32,124 nucleotides of DNA. It comes from Thermoplasmatota archaeon. GTDB taxonomy: Archaea; Thermoplasmatota; E2; DHVEG-1. Below are positions 20,516 to 27,403 of this stretch, in pieces; position 1 is the stretch's first letter, and the number at the start of each line of letters is the position of its first letter. The stretch covers positions 1-32,124 of the forward strand of contig JALHTX010000140.1 in the NCBI GenBank assembly GCA_022866015.1, read 5' to 3'. The notes beneath the pieces were generated by a model, which saw only the letters and a program-made list of their open reading frames with translations, was not told where the DNA came from and made no database searches. The position numbers and the translations under genes were made by a program.

Positions 20516-21487
20516 TCATCTTTCAAATACTATGTTTTTATATGATTTATAATCAATATCTGGGAATTTGGGTTTAAATCTTGCTCTTATCTCTTCATCA
20601 TACTTTTTCTCTCCGCCTTTTGCTTCAAGTATCTTTTTTCCTGCTTCTATCTGATTGATTATATTAACATTAAGTGTGTTTAATGTACCTGGACCAAGTC
20701 TAGATAGAAGACTCATAGTAAGACCTACGCCATATGGTACTGATTCTGTTATAAAAATCGTACCAGGAACTGCTTCAAACCATGTACCTATTGATTCCTC
20801 CCCAAATTTTGTAATTGGAACGCCCATTGCTGCTTGGCGTTCAGGTGTAGGTCCTGCATGACCTACTACCCATTTACCATCAATACAAACCTCAATGTCT
20901 GCCTCTATTGAAAAATAACCAAGTGCATCATACCATCTACGCATCATTGTATCATATAAATCATCATACATTGATCGATTTTCAATTGCTGCAAACATTT
21001 TATATCTCGTTTTTAATCCAGCACATCTACATAAAGCTGCAAAAACGCTGTTTATATGTATACATGTACCTGTTCCTTGCTGGAGTGTTTGATCAACATC
21101 ATTTAATTTAAGTATTTCAAGTTCTAAATTCCTTTTACACCATTCAAAAGCTACTTCTGCAAATTCATAATCAGTTTTTTTAAAAACACCAAGTTGATGA
21201 GCTAGTGCTATTATGTTTTTATCATGTGAATTACACCATAATGTTGGTCGTTTATATTTTTCATTTTTATTAAAATATTGCATTCCTTCTTTATATTCAG
21301 GTAATTTGTATCTTCTCATTGGTCGGACATATTTTAGTCCAGTAGAAGGTTTTCTACTTAATTTTTTAATATCGCTCATGTTTGTTAAAAAAACCTTTGA
21401 AAAAGCTAGACCTCCACCAATCAGCAATTTTACATAGGTCTTATTAGGAATATATTCTCGGTCTTTCATCTCTAATAAACTTGTCAT
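20516..21487 (-). CDS. Transglutaminase-like domain protein
   Basis: AFEWCKRNL, TLQQGTGTCIHINSVFAALCRCAGLKTRY, EVCIDGKW. Confidence 0.85.
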   Translation of the reverse strand: MTSLLEMKDREYIPNKTYVKLLIGGGLAFSKVFLTNMSDIKKLSRKPSTGLKYVRPMRRYKLPEYKEGMQYFNKNEKYKRPTLWCNSHDKNIIALAHQLGVFKKTDYEFAEVAFEWCKRNLELEILKLNDVDQTLQQGTGTCIHINSVFAALCRCAGLKTRYKMFAAIENRSMYDDLYDTMMRRWYDALGYFSIEADIEVCIDGKWVVGHAGPTPERQAAMGVPITKFGEESIGTWFEAVPGTIFITESVPYGVGLTMSLLSRLGPGTLNTLNVNIINQIEAGKKILEAKGGEKKYDEEIRARFKPKFPDIDYKSYKNIVFER

Positions 21488-21607
21488 ATTGACTACTCCC
21501 CTAACAATAAATGAAAATTTTAGATATATTATTTATGAATAATTGAATATGATATTTGTATATCATTTTTCCTGAATTTCTGTTATTTTCTAAGAAATAA
21601 AATTTTA

Positions 21608-21637
21608 ATTTAGTGCAAGGGAAGGGATTTGAACACC
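21608..21637 (-). repeat. tRNA 3'-end remnant (Leu-like), copy 2
   Basis: Minus strand reads GGTGTTCAAATCCCTTCCCTTGCACTA: T-loop GTTCAAATC, 3' acceptor strand and discriminator A. Confidence 0.65.
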
Positions 21638-21733
21638 AAAATACCAGCATGATAAAGATTGACAGATTATGAATACAAGTGTAATCATAATAAGAAATAC
21701 TGAGAGTACAGTCCAAAATTATTTGTTTCCTGT

Positions 21734-22204
21734 TTATAGATTTTTTCTTTTATGCTTCTTCTTTCTAAACCTTGTTGTTTCCTCTATGACTTCCACAGGT
21801 TTATATGGGGGTCTCTTTAACTCCGTCTCTAGCCTCCCCAACCAGTCCTCAAGCTTATACACCTTCTCATGGAATTGCGCTCTTTTATGTGCTTGTTTAT
21901 ACGTCAAGCCTTTCGTCTCCATCAATTCCAGTTCAAACTTCTCATGCCCCTGAAGAATACGCTCCCTTCGTTTAGGGTCGTCATACACGTTCTTTCGTAT
22001 CCAAATCTCATTTTCTGGTATCTTATGTCGGAGACTAACAGGCAATTCGTTTTCTGGAAGCAAACCGTGTAGAGCGATATAGTCTCCCATCACCGATTGT
22101 GGCTTCACTTTCACGATAAAAGGCAGGGTTTCCTTCCCACGGCCATACGGGTCATACCGTTTCGCATCAACTCCTTTTTTTATTTCGCTCTTCTTCTTTT
22201 CCAT
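21734..22204 (-). CDS. Hypothetical basic protein with HExxE...AH motif
   Basis: 156-aa ORF visibly more GC-rich than its flanks; GHEKFELELMETKGLTYKQAH. Confidence 0.75.
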   Translation of the reverse strand: MEKKKSEIKKGVDAKRYDPYGRGKETLPFIVKVKPQSVMGDYIALHGLLPENELPVSLRHKIPENEIWIRKNVYDDPKRRERILQGHEKFELELMETKGLTYKQAHKRAQFHEKVYKLEDWLGRLETELKRPPYKPVEVIEETTRFRKKKHKRKNL

Positions 22205-22267
22205 TAGCCGACCATCTCTTTATATCATTCAGATACGTTTCAAAAAAGGGTTAGAGTTTGGTTTTTT

Positions 22268-22417
22268 TCAATCAACTTTAATTTTATCTACTTTTGTTCC
22301 TTTTCTCTCATGGACTTGGAATATATGCATTTCTAGGGCTTTGTTAGTACTAAAAATTTTTTTACAATATCTACATTTAGGTATAATTTTTCCACTTAAA
22401 TTTTTAATTTCTTTTTT
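22268..22417 (-). CDS. C2H2 zinc-finger microprotein lacking a canonical in-frame start
   Basis: KKEIKNLSGKIIPKCRYCKKIFSTNKALEMHIFQVHERKGTKVDKIKVD* (C-x2-C-x3-F-x5-L-x2-H-x4-H). Confidence 0.7.
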   Translation of the reverse strand, partial: KKEIKNLSGKIIPKCRYCKKIFSTNKALEMHIFQVHERKGTKVDKIKVD

Positions 22418-22537
22418 TTATTCATTAATCGCCGTGGTATGTGATAATGTAATTTTTTTCTGCCATTCATTAGTTTGAGGTATCTCAAAATCGTTCATCC
22501 AGTCATTAAATATATTGATATTTCTCATTTTTTTCAT
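22418..22537 (-). CDS. Hypothetical microprotein (39 aa)
   Basis: MKKMRNINIFNDWMNDFEIPQTNEWQKKITLSHTTAINE*, preceded by GGAAGGA. Confidence 0.45.
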   Translation of the reverse strand: MKKMRNINIFNDWMNDFEIPQTNEWQKKITLSHTTAINE

Positions 22538-22594
22538 TTGTTTTTCCTTCCATCAAATCTAAAATTAATAATAGATTAATAGATATTAGAACTT

Positions 22595-22750
22595 TCAATT
22601 TGGCTTTATTTCATCTATATTTTTCCAAGCTTTTTCGACACTTTGTCCAAATGTTCTCACTTCTATTTTCTTTTTTAATCTAGAAATACGTATCCTCTCA
22701 CGCATTTCACTTATTCTTCTATCTATATGCTTTTCAAAAGCGTCACTCAT
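22595..22750 (-). CDS. Hypothetical basic helical microprotein (51 aa)
   Basis: MSDAFEKHIDRRISEMRERIRISRLKKKIEVRTFGQSVEKAWKNIDEIKPN*; strong GAGGGAG SD. Confidence 0.6.
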   Translation of the reverse strand: MSDAFEKHIDRRISEMRERIRISRLKKKIEVRTFGQSVEKAWKNIDEIKPN

Positions 22751-22811
22751 TTTTTTCTCCCTCTTTTAAACATATTAATACCAATAATAGTTATATTTCA
22801 ATAGATCAAGT

Positions 22812-22907
22812 TTATACATGTGTTCCAAATTTTATCATGTGATCTTTTAATGAATCGTAGGTTCTAAATTTTCGTCCACAATAAATACATCTGCAAGTTT
22901 TTGCCAT
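22812..22907 (-). CDS. C2H2 zinc-finger microprotein (31 aa)
   Basis: MAKTCRCIYCGRKFRTYDSLKDHMIKFGTHV*; GAAGGGA SD; 13 nt downstream of the RHH stop. Confidence 0.72.
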   Translation of the reverse strand: MAKTCRCIYCGRKFRTYDSLKDHMIKFGTHV

Positions 22908-22920
22908 ATTTTCCCTTCTT

Positions 22921-23052
22921 TTAGTTTTGTTTTTTATAACACTCCATCATGTAGATAATCTGACGGCTAACAGGTCTACGTTCCTTATTAGCTAATTCTC
23001 TAAGCTGTTTAAAATCTGCATCTGAAAGGCTGATTGTTGTTCTTTTAGTCAT
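22921..23052 (-). CDS. Ribbon-helix-helix (CopG/Arc-like) regulator, copy A (43 aa)
   Basis: MTKRTTISLSDADFKQLRELANKERRPVSRQIIYMMECYKKQN*. Confidence 0.85.
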   Translation of the reverse strand: MTKRTTISLSDADFKQLRELANKERRPVSRQIIYMMECYKKQN

Positions 23053-23097
23053 AGATTTTTTCCCCCGCATAAAATCTCCCTCTTATTCTTATTAGTA

Positions 23098-23179
23098 TTA
23101 TGCAAAGTTATATAATATTAAGTAACTATACTATAATATAAATAACTTTGTGCATAACATTAAATACATTTATGCATAA
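23098..23179 (-). promoter_or_regulatory. Putative promoter/operator of RHH copy A
   Basis: TTATGCA (23098) and TGCATAA-N12-TTATGCA (23151-23176) bracketing a TATA-like TATTTAAT on the minus strand. Confidence 0.55.
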
Positions 23180-23238
23180 TTAATATCTGCGATAATGAAA
23201 TAGCCTACTCGCATTTTTAAAAAAAAGCACCCAATAAA

Positions 23239-23379
23239 TTATTTTTCCTTTTGTTGTTTTAAATAAAAATGCATCATGTAAACGAGCTGACGGCTAATAG
23301 GTCGATGTTCTTCTTTAGCTAATTCTCTAAGTTGTTTTTGCTCTTCATCTGAAAGGCTGATTGTTGTTCTTTTAGCCAT
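23239..23379 (-). CDS. Ribbon-helix-helix regulator, copy B (46 aa)
   Basis: MAKRTTISLSDEEQKQLRELAKEEHRPISRQLVYMMHFYLKQQKEK*; GGAGTGA SD; 29/43 identical to copy A. Confidence 0.85.
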   Translation of the reverse strand: MAKRTTISLSDEEQKQLRELAKEEHRPISRQLVYMMHFYLKQQKEK

Positions 23380-23395
23380 AAAAATCACTCCGCTG

Positions 23396-23532
23396 TATGC
23401 ATAATTGCATATTTCAACATTATTATTTTTTCATATTTTTCACATTTAATTATTGTTATGCAAAAGAGAATAACATTAATAAAAATAACATATTATAATA
23501 TAACAATGCATAACTTTAAATACAAATATGCA
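23396..23532 (-). promoter_or_regulatory. Putative promoter/operator of RHH copy B
   Basis: TATGCATAA (23396), TTATGCA (23456) and TGCATAA-N12-ATATGCA (23507-23532); same geometry as copy A. Confidence 0.55.
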
Positions 23533-23832
23533 ATATGCTTATTGATGGTTGTTGAGGAAATGTGAAAACAACTCCTAGCAATCTATAATAGTTAAACAAA
23601 ATCCTTGGGGATGATGGGCTTAATCTTTTAAAAAAAACATCCTTTAGATCGCTCCGCACAGTAAAGAGATTCCTCTCCAATACCCTTTCATCCCTATCCC
23701 ATCTCAACATTTTCAATATTAATTTCTACGTTCATTGAAAAAATAGTTTGTGTCAAAAAAAAAGTATTAATGATGCAAAGAAAGAGTTGTTTTCATTGAT
23801 TCTTCTTTTATGCTATATCTGCTCCCTCAAAC

Positions 23833-24030
23833 CTACCATTTCCTTTTCATTTTCATTCTTTCAGCATCTTCGTCTTTTCTATTAGTATTAATCTTTGTTT
23901 TTTTCAAGTATTCTTCTAAGCATAATTTACAAATAGCAACAATTTCTAGTCCATTGTCACCTGTTGTATAATGAATGGTTATGTCCTCTGCCTGAAAAAC
24001 TTTACCACATCTATTACATATATATTTCAT
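23833..24030 (-). CDS. Small Zn-ribbon protein (65 aa)
   Basis: CNRC...CKLC; AGGTGA SD upstream. Confidence 0.72.
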   Translation of the reverse strand: MKYICNRCGKVFQAEDITIHYTTGDNGLEIVAICKLCLEEYLKKTKINTNRKDEDAERMKMKRKW

Positions 24031-24292
24031 TTATTTCACCTTATTATGCCCGCTTAATTTATTATTTTTTATGTAGAAATTTGTCATATAAACTATTTGT
24101 CTGCTATATGGTCTTTCTTCTTCTTTTGCGAGTTTTTTGATTAGTGTGTTTTCTTTTTTTGTTAGGGATATGTTCATTCTTATTCTTTTTTTCATGTTTT
24201 ACACAAACATGTAATAATTTTACACATTTATATGCCTTTGTACACAATGATATATACCACCTGTTGCATACTACCATCATCCGACAAATTTT

Positions 24293-24315
24293 GGAAAGGA
24301 CAGGTGAGGTCAATG
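24293..24315 (+). repeat. Conserved leader/RBS repeat, copy 1
   Basis: GGAAAGGACAGGTGAGGTCAATG; 21/23 identical to 24789-24811. Confidence 0.8.
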
Positions 24316-24402
24316 GAGATCATCGAACAAGTAAAACGACTGTTGGAATCACATATGATAAACAGTGGAATCAGAAATTTACTTCCGGAGCCTATGACTT
24401 AA
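24313..24402 (+). CDS. Hypothetical microprotein (29 aa)
   Basis: MEIIEQVKRLLESHMINSGIRNLLPEPMT*, directly after a strong AGGTGAGG SD. Confidence 0.55.
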   Translation: MEIIEQVKRLLESHMINSGIRNLLPEPMT

Positions 24403-24405
24403 CGT

Positions 24406-24470
24406 TAACTCTGAAAGATAAGGATGCGAGATAAACGAAATATCAAGGGCGATTATATCGTCCAAATCTC
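24406..24470 (+). repeat. 65-nt hairpin-containing trailer repeat, copy 1
   Basis: 54/65 ungapped identity to 24942-25006; GAGAT...GGGCGAT-TAT-ATCGTCC-AA-ATCTC. Confidence 0.85.
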
Positions 24471-24489
24471 ATTTAGGAGGAGAAATAAT

Positions 24490-24771
24490 ATGACAGAGAC
24501 AGATTGTGAAGAATGTAATAATAAATTAGGTATTCTAGAAGGGTATTATCACCCTACATTAGGAAAAAGGTTTTTAGTATGCAAGGAATGTTTTGGTAAA
24601 GTAGACGAAAGTATGCAAAGATGGAGCAAGTTTTGTCTTTCAGATTCATTCAACGCAGAATCACATAAGATTGACATCGAAGATGCGTGGAATAACAGTA
24701 TATCAAATGATCTTCCTTTGCAAAAATGGTTTAGGAATCTTTGGATTAAAATAGGATGTCCGGGTGCATAG
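24490..24771 (+). CDS. Zn-binding hypothetical protein (93 aa)
   Basis: MTETDCEEC...HP...VCKEC; AGGAGG SD before ATG 24490. Confidence 0.75.
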   Translation: MTETDCEECNNKLGILEGYYHPTLGKRFLVCKECFGKVDESMQRWSKFCLSDSFNAESHKIDIEDAWNNSISNDLPLQKWFRNLWIKIGCPGA

Positions 24772-24788
24772 AATAAGATATAAAACCC

Positions 24789-24811
24789 GGAAAGGACAGG
24801 TGAAATCAATG
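24789..24811 (+). repeat. Conserved leader/RBS repeat, copy 2
   Basis: GGAAAGGACAGGTGAAATCAATG. Confidence 0.8.
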
Positions 24812-24931
24812 AATATGGAGAGAGAATATACGGTCTTTGAAAACGATATGGACTATAGGAAGAGAAAACGACTTCAAGCATTAGAAGCGGATGACTTTAG
24901 AGGAGCAATATTTACAAGGATGGATAGATGA
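24809..24931 (+). CDS. Hypothetical microprotein (40 aa)
   Basis: MNMEREYTVFENDMDYRKRKRLQALEADDFRGAIFTRMDR*, after AGGTGA SD. Confidence 0.55.
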   Translation: MNMEREYTVFENDMDYRKRKRLQALEADDFRGAIFTRMDR

Positions 24932-24941
24932 GTTACATATC

Positions 24942-25006
24942 TAACGCTGAAAACTAAGAAATCGAGATAATCGAAATATTAAGGACGAGTATATCGCCCA
25001 AATCTC
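24942..25006 (+). repeat. 65-nt hairpin-containing trailer repeat, copy 2 (followed by T-tract)
   Basis: GAGAT...GGACGA-GTATA-TCGCCC-AA-ATCTC followed by T8. Confidence 0.85.
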
Positions 25007-25225
25007 TTTTTTTTAAACAATTGTTTAGGAGAGATTTATAAGTAATTAGTTGTTTTGAAATTGTAGTTTAGAAGGAAGAAAAAATGACTGGGGATAAAAA
25101 TTAATATAAATATAGGAAAGAGGGAGATATAAATAGAAGAAATAAAAAAAGAGAGAGAGAAGAAGAAAAAGTAGAAGAAGATGAACAGACGAAGAATGAT
25201 TTGGAATAGGTTTGAGGTGAGACAA

Positions 25226-25444
25226 ATGAAAGATGAAAAATATCCCAAAGACGAAGACAAAAGGAGCAAAAAACGACTAAGAAAACTAAGAAAAGAAGAA
25301 GAAAAATACGAAGAAACGCAGAAAGAAGAAAAAGAAAAAATACAAAAAGATAAAAACATAGATGAAGAAGAAGACGAAGAAAAAGAAGAAGATGAATATG
25401 CAAATTATTCAGAAAAAAGAAAAGTAGAAGATAATAACATGTAG
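25226..25444 (+). CDS. Highly charged low-complexity protein (72 aa)
   Basis: MKDEKYPKDEDKRSKKRLRKLRKEEE...; GAGGTGA SD before ATG 25226. Confidence 0.6.
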   Translation: MKDEKYPKDEDKRSKKRLRKLRKEEEKYEETQKEEKEKIQKDKNIDEEEDEEKEEDEYANYSEKRKVEDNNM

Positions 25445-25488
25445 CCATAAAAGAGGTTATGAAATTGTAGTTTTGAGGGAGGAAAAAA

Positions 25489-25563
25489 ATGTTTAATAAT
25501 CAACCAGAACCAGATATTCCATTTCCTGGGGATCCTGATCCGGATGACGAAGAAGATGAATAA
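25489..25563 (+). CDS. Acidic Pro-rich micropeptide (24 aa)
   Basis: MFNNQPEPDIPFPGDPDPDDEEDE*; GAGGGAGG SD; GCAATC/GATTGC hairpin just after the stop. Confidence 0.5.
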   Translation: MFNNQPEPDIPFPGDPDPDDEEDE

Positions 25564-25686
25564 AAAACTATGTGGCAATCATTAACACGATTGCACGTAT
25601 AGAATATATATTACTTTCTGAAAAAAGAGCTGGATGTCAGCCTGTTTTTGTTTTGCTCCATATACTAGAAAAAACAGATATTTTTG

Positions 25687-25968
25687 TTAGCGCTTTCCAA
25701 ATTCTTTTTTTCTTTCTTTTGTAGTCATACCTGTTGCTTCAAAAAGAAATTCGTTCCATTTTTTAATAATGCTATAATCTCCACAGACTGTTTTAGGTGG
25801 TTCAATATCAACAAGTAAAAAATTTTTTTCTTGTTTCATGTCAATTTTTCCGATGCCTTCTACTTCAAATTTTATACCTGTGGTAATGTTACCCTTTGCT
25901 CCAAAGAATTTGTTTATAAGTGCCCCAATGTCTGGATTATGGCCTTTCTTAATCTTGTATTCTCTCAT
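25687..25968 (-). CDS. DUF5611-like protein
   Basis: MREYKIKKG...WNEFLFEATGMTTKERKK pattern. Confidence 0.8.
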   Translation of the reverse strand: MREYKIKKGHNPDIGALINKFFGAKGNITTGIKFEVEGIGKIDMKQEKNFLLVDIEPPKTVCGDYSIIKKWNEFLFEATGMTTKERKKEFGKR

Positions 25969-26013
25969 GCTTGTACAACCCACTTTGTGAAATATAAAAA
26001 TCTATTATTAATT

Positions 26014-26517
26014 TTATGCTAAAAGTTCAAATACTTTTTCAACTGCATCTTCTGCAGAAACTGCAACCATAAAATTAGATTCAACTCCTTGCATAATGTT
26101 GCCATTTATAATTTGATCAACGCATCCACCAGTACCTTTTATGAGAATAAGAGGTTTTTCTGAAATCATTCTAAAGCAAATCTCATTAAGTGTACCCCAA
26201 CGTCCGCCAATTGCAATTGTTACATCACCTGTTCTTGACACCAAACAATTCCTAACATTACCAATTCCTGTAGAAATAGCAATATCAATAAATTCATTTG
26301 CTTCATCTTTTTCATAGGGCATTATACCAACGGTGATACCACCTTCTTTTTTTGCACCACGACAAACTGCTTGCATTACGCCATTGCGGCCACCACATAC
26401 TACAACGCCACCTCTCTGAGCAATAAGCATACCTACTTTTTCTGCTACTTCTAATGCATAATTAGTAAGTTTTTCATCAAAACCATCGCTTCCACAAATA
26501 GAAATTAGCTTTTTCAT
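26014..26517 (-). CDS. TIGR00725/LOG-family Rossmann-fold protein
   Basis: VCGGRNGVMQAVCRGAK, TVGIMP, GGRWGTLNE. Confidence 0.88.
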   Translation of the reverse strand: MKKLISICGSDGFDEKLTNYALEVAEKVGMLIAQRGGVVVCGGRNGVMQAVCRGAKKEGGITVGIMPYEKDEANEFIDIAISTGIGNVRNCLVSRTGDVTIAIGGRWGTLNEICFRMISEKPLILIKGTGGCVDQIINGNIMQGVESNFMVAVSAEDAVEKVFELLA

Positions 26518-26616
26518 GCAAAGGTTTTATTTACAATTTGTTTTTAATTGTTTCTCCCACAAATTTTATAAATAACCCTCCCTTTCACTTCTTTTCACTT
26601 ACCTGGAGAAAAATAT

Positions 26617-26982
26617 ATGACGAATAAAAACATTAAAACAAATCCTGCATTAAATTCATTAATTCATGAGCTAAAAAAACAAGCTAGTGAAAAAGATGCA
26701 ACTATTTGGAAAGATTTAGCCTTAAGACTAGAGAAATCCTCAAAAAATTGGGCTGAAGTAAACCTTAATAGGATAAGTAAATACATAAATGATAAAGAAA
26801 CTGCGCTAGTTCCGGGTAAAGTCTTATCTACAGGGGATCTTACCAAAAAGGTTTCAATTGCGGCTTGGTCATTTTCTGAAAAAGCAACAGAAAAAATTAA
26901 AAAAGCAGGCGGTAAAACAATGACGATTCAAGAACTTATGAAATCAAACCCAGATGGGAAAAATATTAGAATATTGGGATGA
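26617..26982 (+). CDS. rpl18e: 50S ribosomal protein L18e
   Basis: KTNP, VNLNRI, VPGKVL, FSEKATEKIKKAGG. Confidence 0.96.
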   Translation: MTNKNIKTNPALNSLIHELKKQASEKDATIWKDLALRLEKSSKNWAEVNLNRISKYINDKETALVPGKVLSTGDLTKKVSIAAWSFSEKATEKIKKAGGKTMTIQELMKSNPDGKNIRILG

Positions 26983-26988
26983 AGAAAT

Positions 26989-27402
26989 ATGGTAGCAATA
27001 ATTGATGCGACAGGCGCAATACTTGGAAGATTAGGCACAAATGCTGCAAAAAGACTTCTAAAAGGAGAAGAAATTGCAGTTATAAATAGTGAAAAAGCAA
27101 TTATATCTGGTAAAAAAGCTTCAATTAAAAATATTTACAAACAAAAAAGAGAAGTTGGAACCTATAGAAAAGGACCTTTTTTCCCAAGAACGCCTGATAA
27201 GATTGTTAAAAGAACAATTCGAGGTATGATTCCTTATCAAACATCCCACGGTCGTCAAGCTTTTAAACGCCTTAAATGCTATACCGGTATTCCAAGGGAG
27301 TTTGAAGGACAAAAATTTGAAAAAATTACCGAAGCTGTTAAGCAACCAGTTGATTTTATGACAGTTGAAGAACTTTCAAGATTTTTAGGAGCAAAGATTT
27401 AA
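26989..27402 (+). CDS. rpl13: 50S ribosomal protein uL13
   Basis: [19 protein letters not shown]. Confidence 0.97.
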   Translation: MVAIIDATGAILGRLGTNAAKRLLKGEEIAVINSEKAIISGKKASIKNIYKQKREVGTYRKGPFFPRTPDKIVKRTIRGMIPYQTSHGRQAFKRLKCYTGIPREFEGQKFEKITEAVKQPVDFMTVEELSRFLGAKI

Positions 27403-27403
27403 T

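Noticed and set aside
23516..23716. 66-aa minus-strand ORF from the track
   Set aside because: TTG start, no SD, no recognisable motif; overlaps the RHH-B operator region.
24104..24434. Track ORFs 24104..24313 (-) and 24144..24434 (+)
   Set aside because: Low-complexity translations of the divergent promoter region; the SD-led 24313 ORF explains the signal better.
24406..25006. 65-nt repeat as a hammerhead ribozyme
   Set aside because: CTGA...GAAA words are present, but CUGANGA is not matched in either copy and stems II/III cannot be formed.
24397..25030. 65-nt repeat as integron attC sites
   Set aside because: RYYYAAC-like words follow the stop codons, but there is no matching GTTRRRY end, no end-to-end palindrome and no IntI gene in the window.
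25036..25448. Phe/Ser/Leu-rich minus-strand ORFs
   Set aside because: Shadows of purine-rich plus-strand sequence.
24293..25491. CRISPR array
   Set aside because: Only two copies of each repeat, spaced by hundreds of bases containing ORFs; no cas genes.
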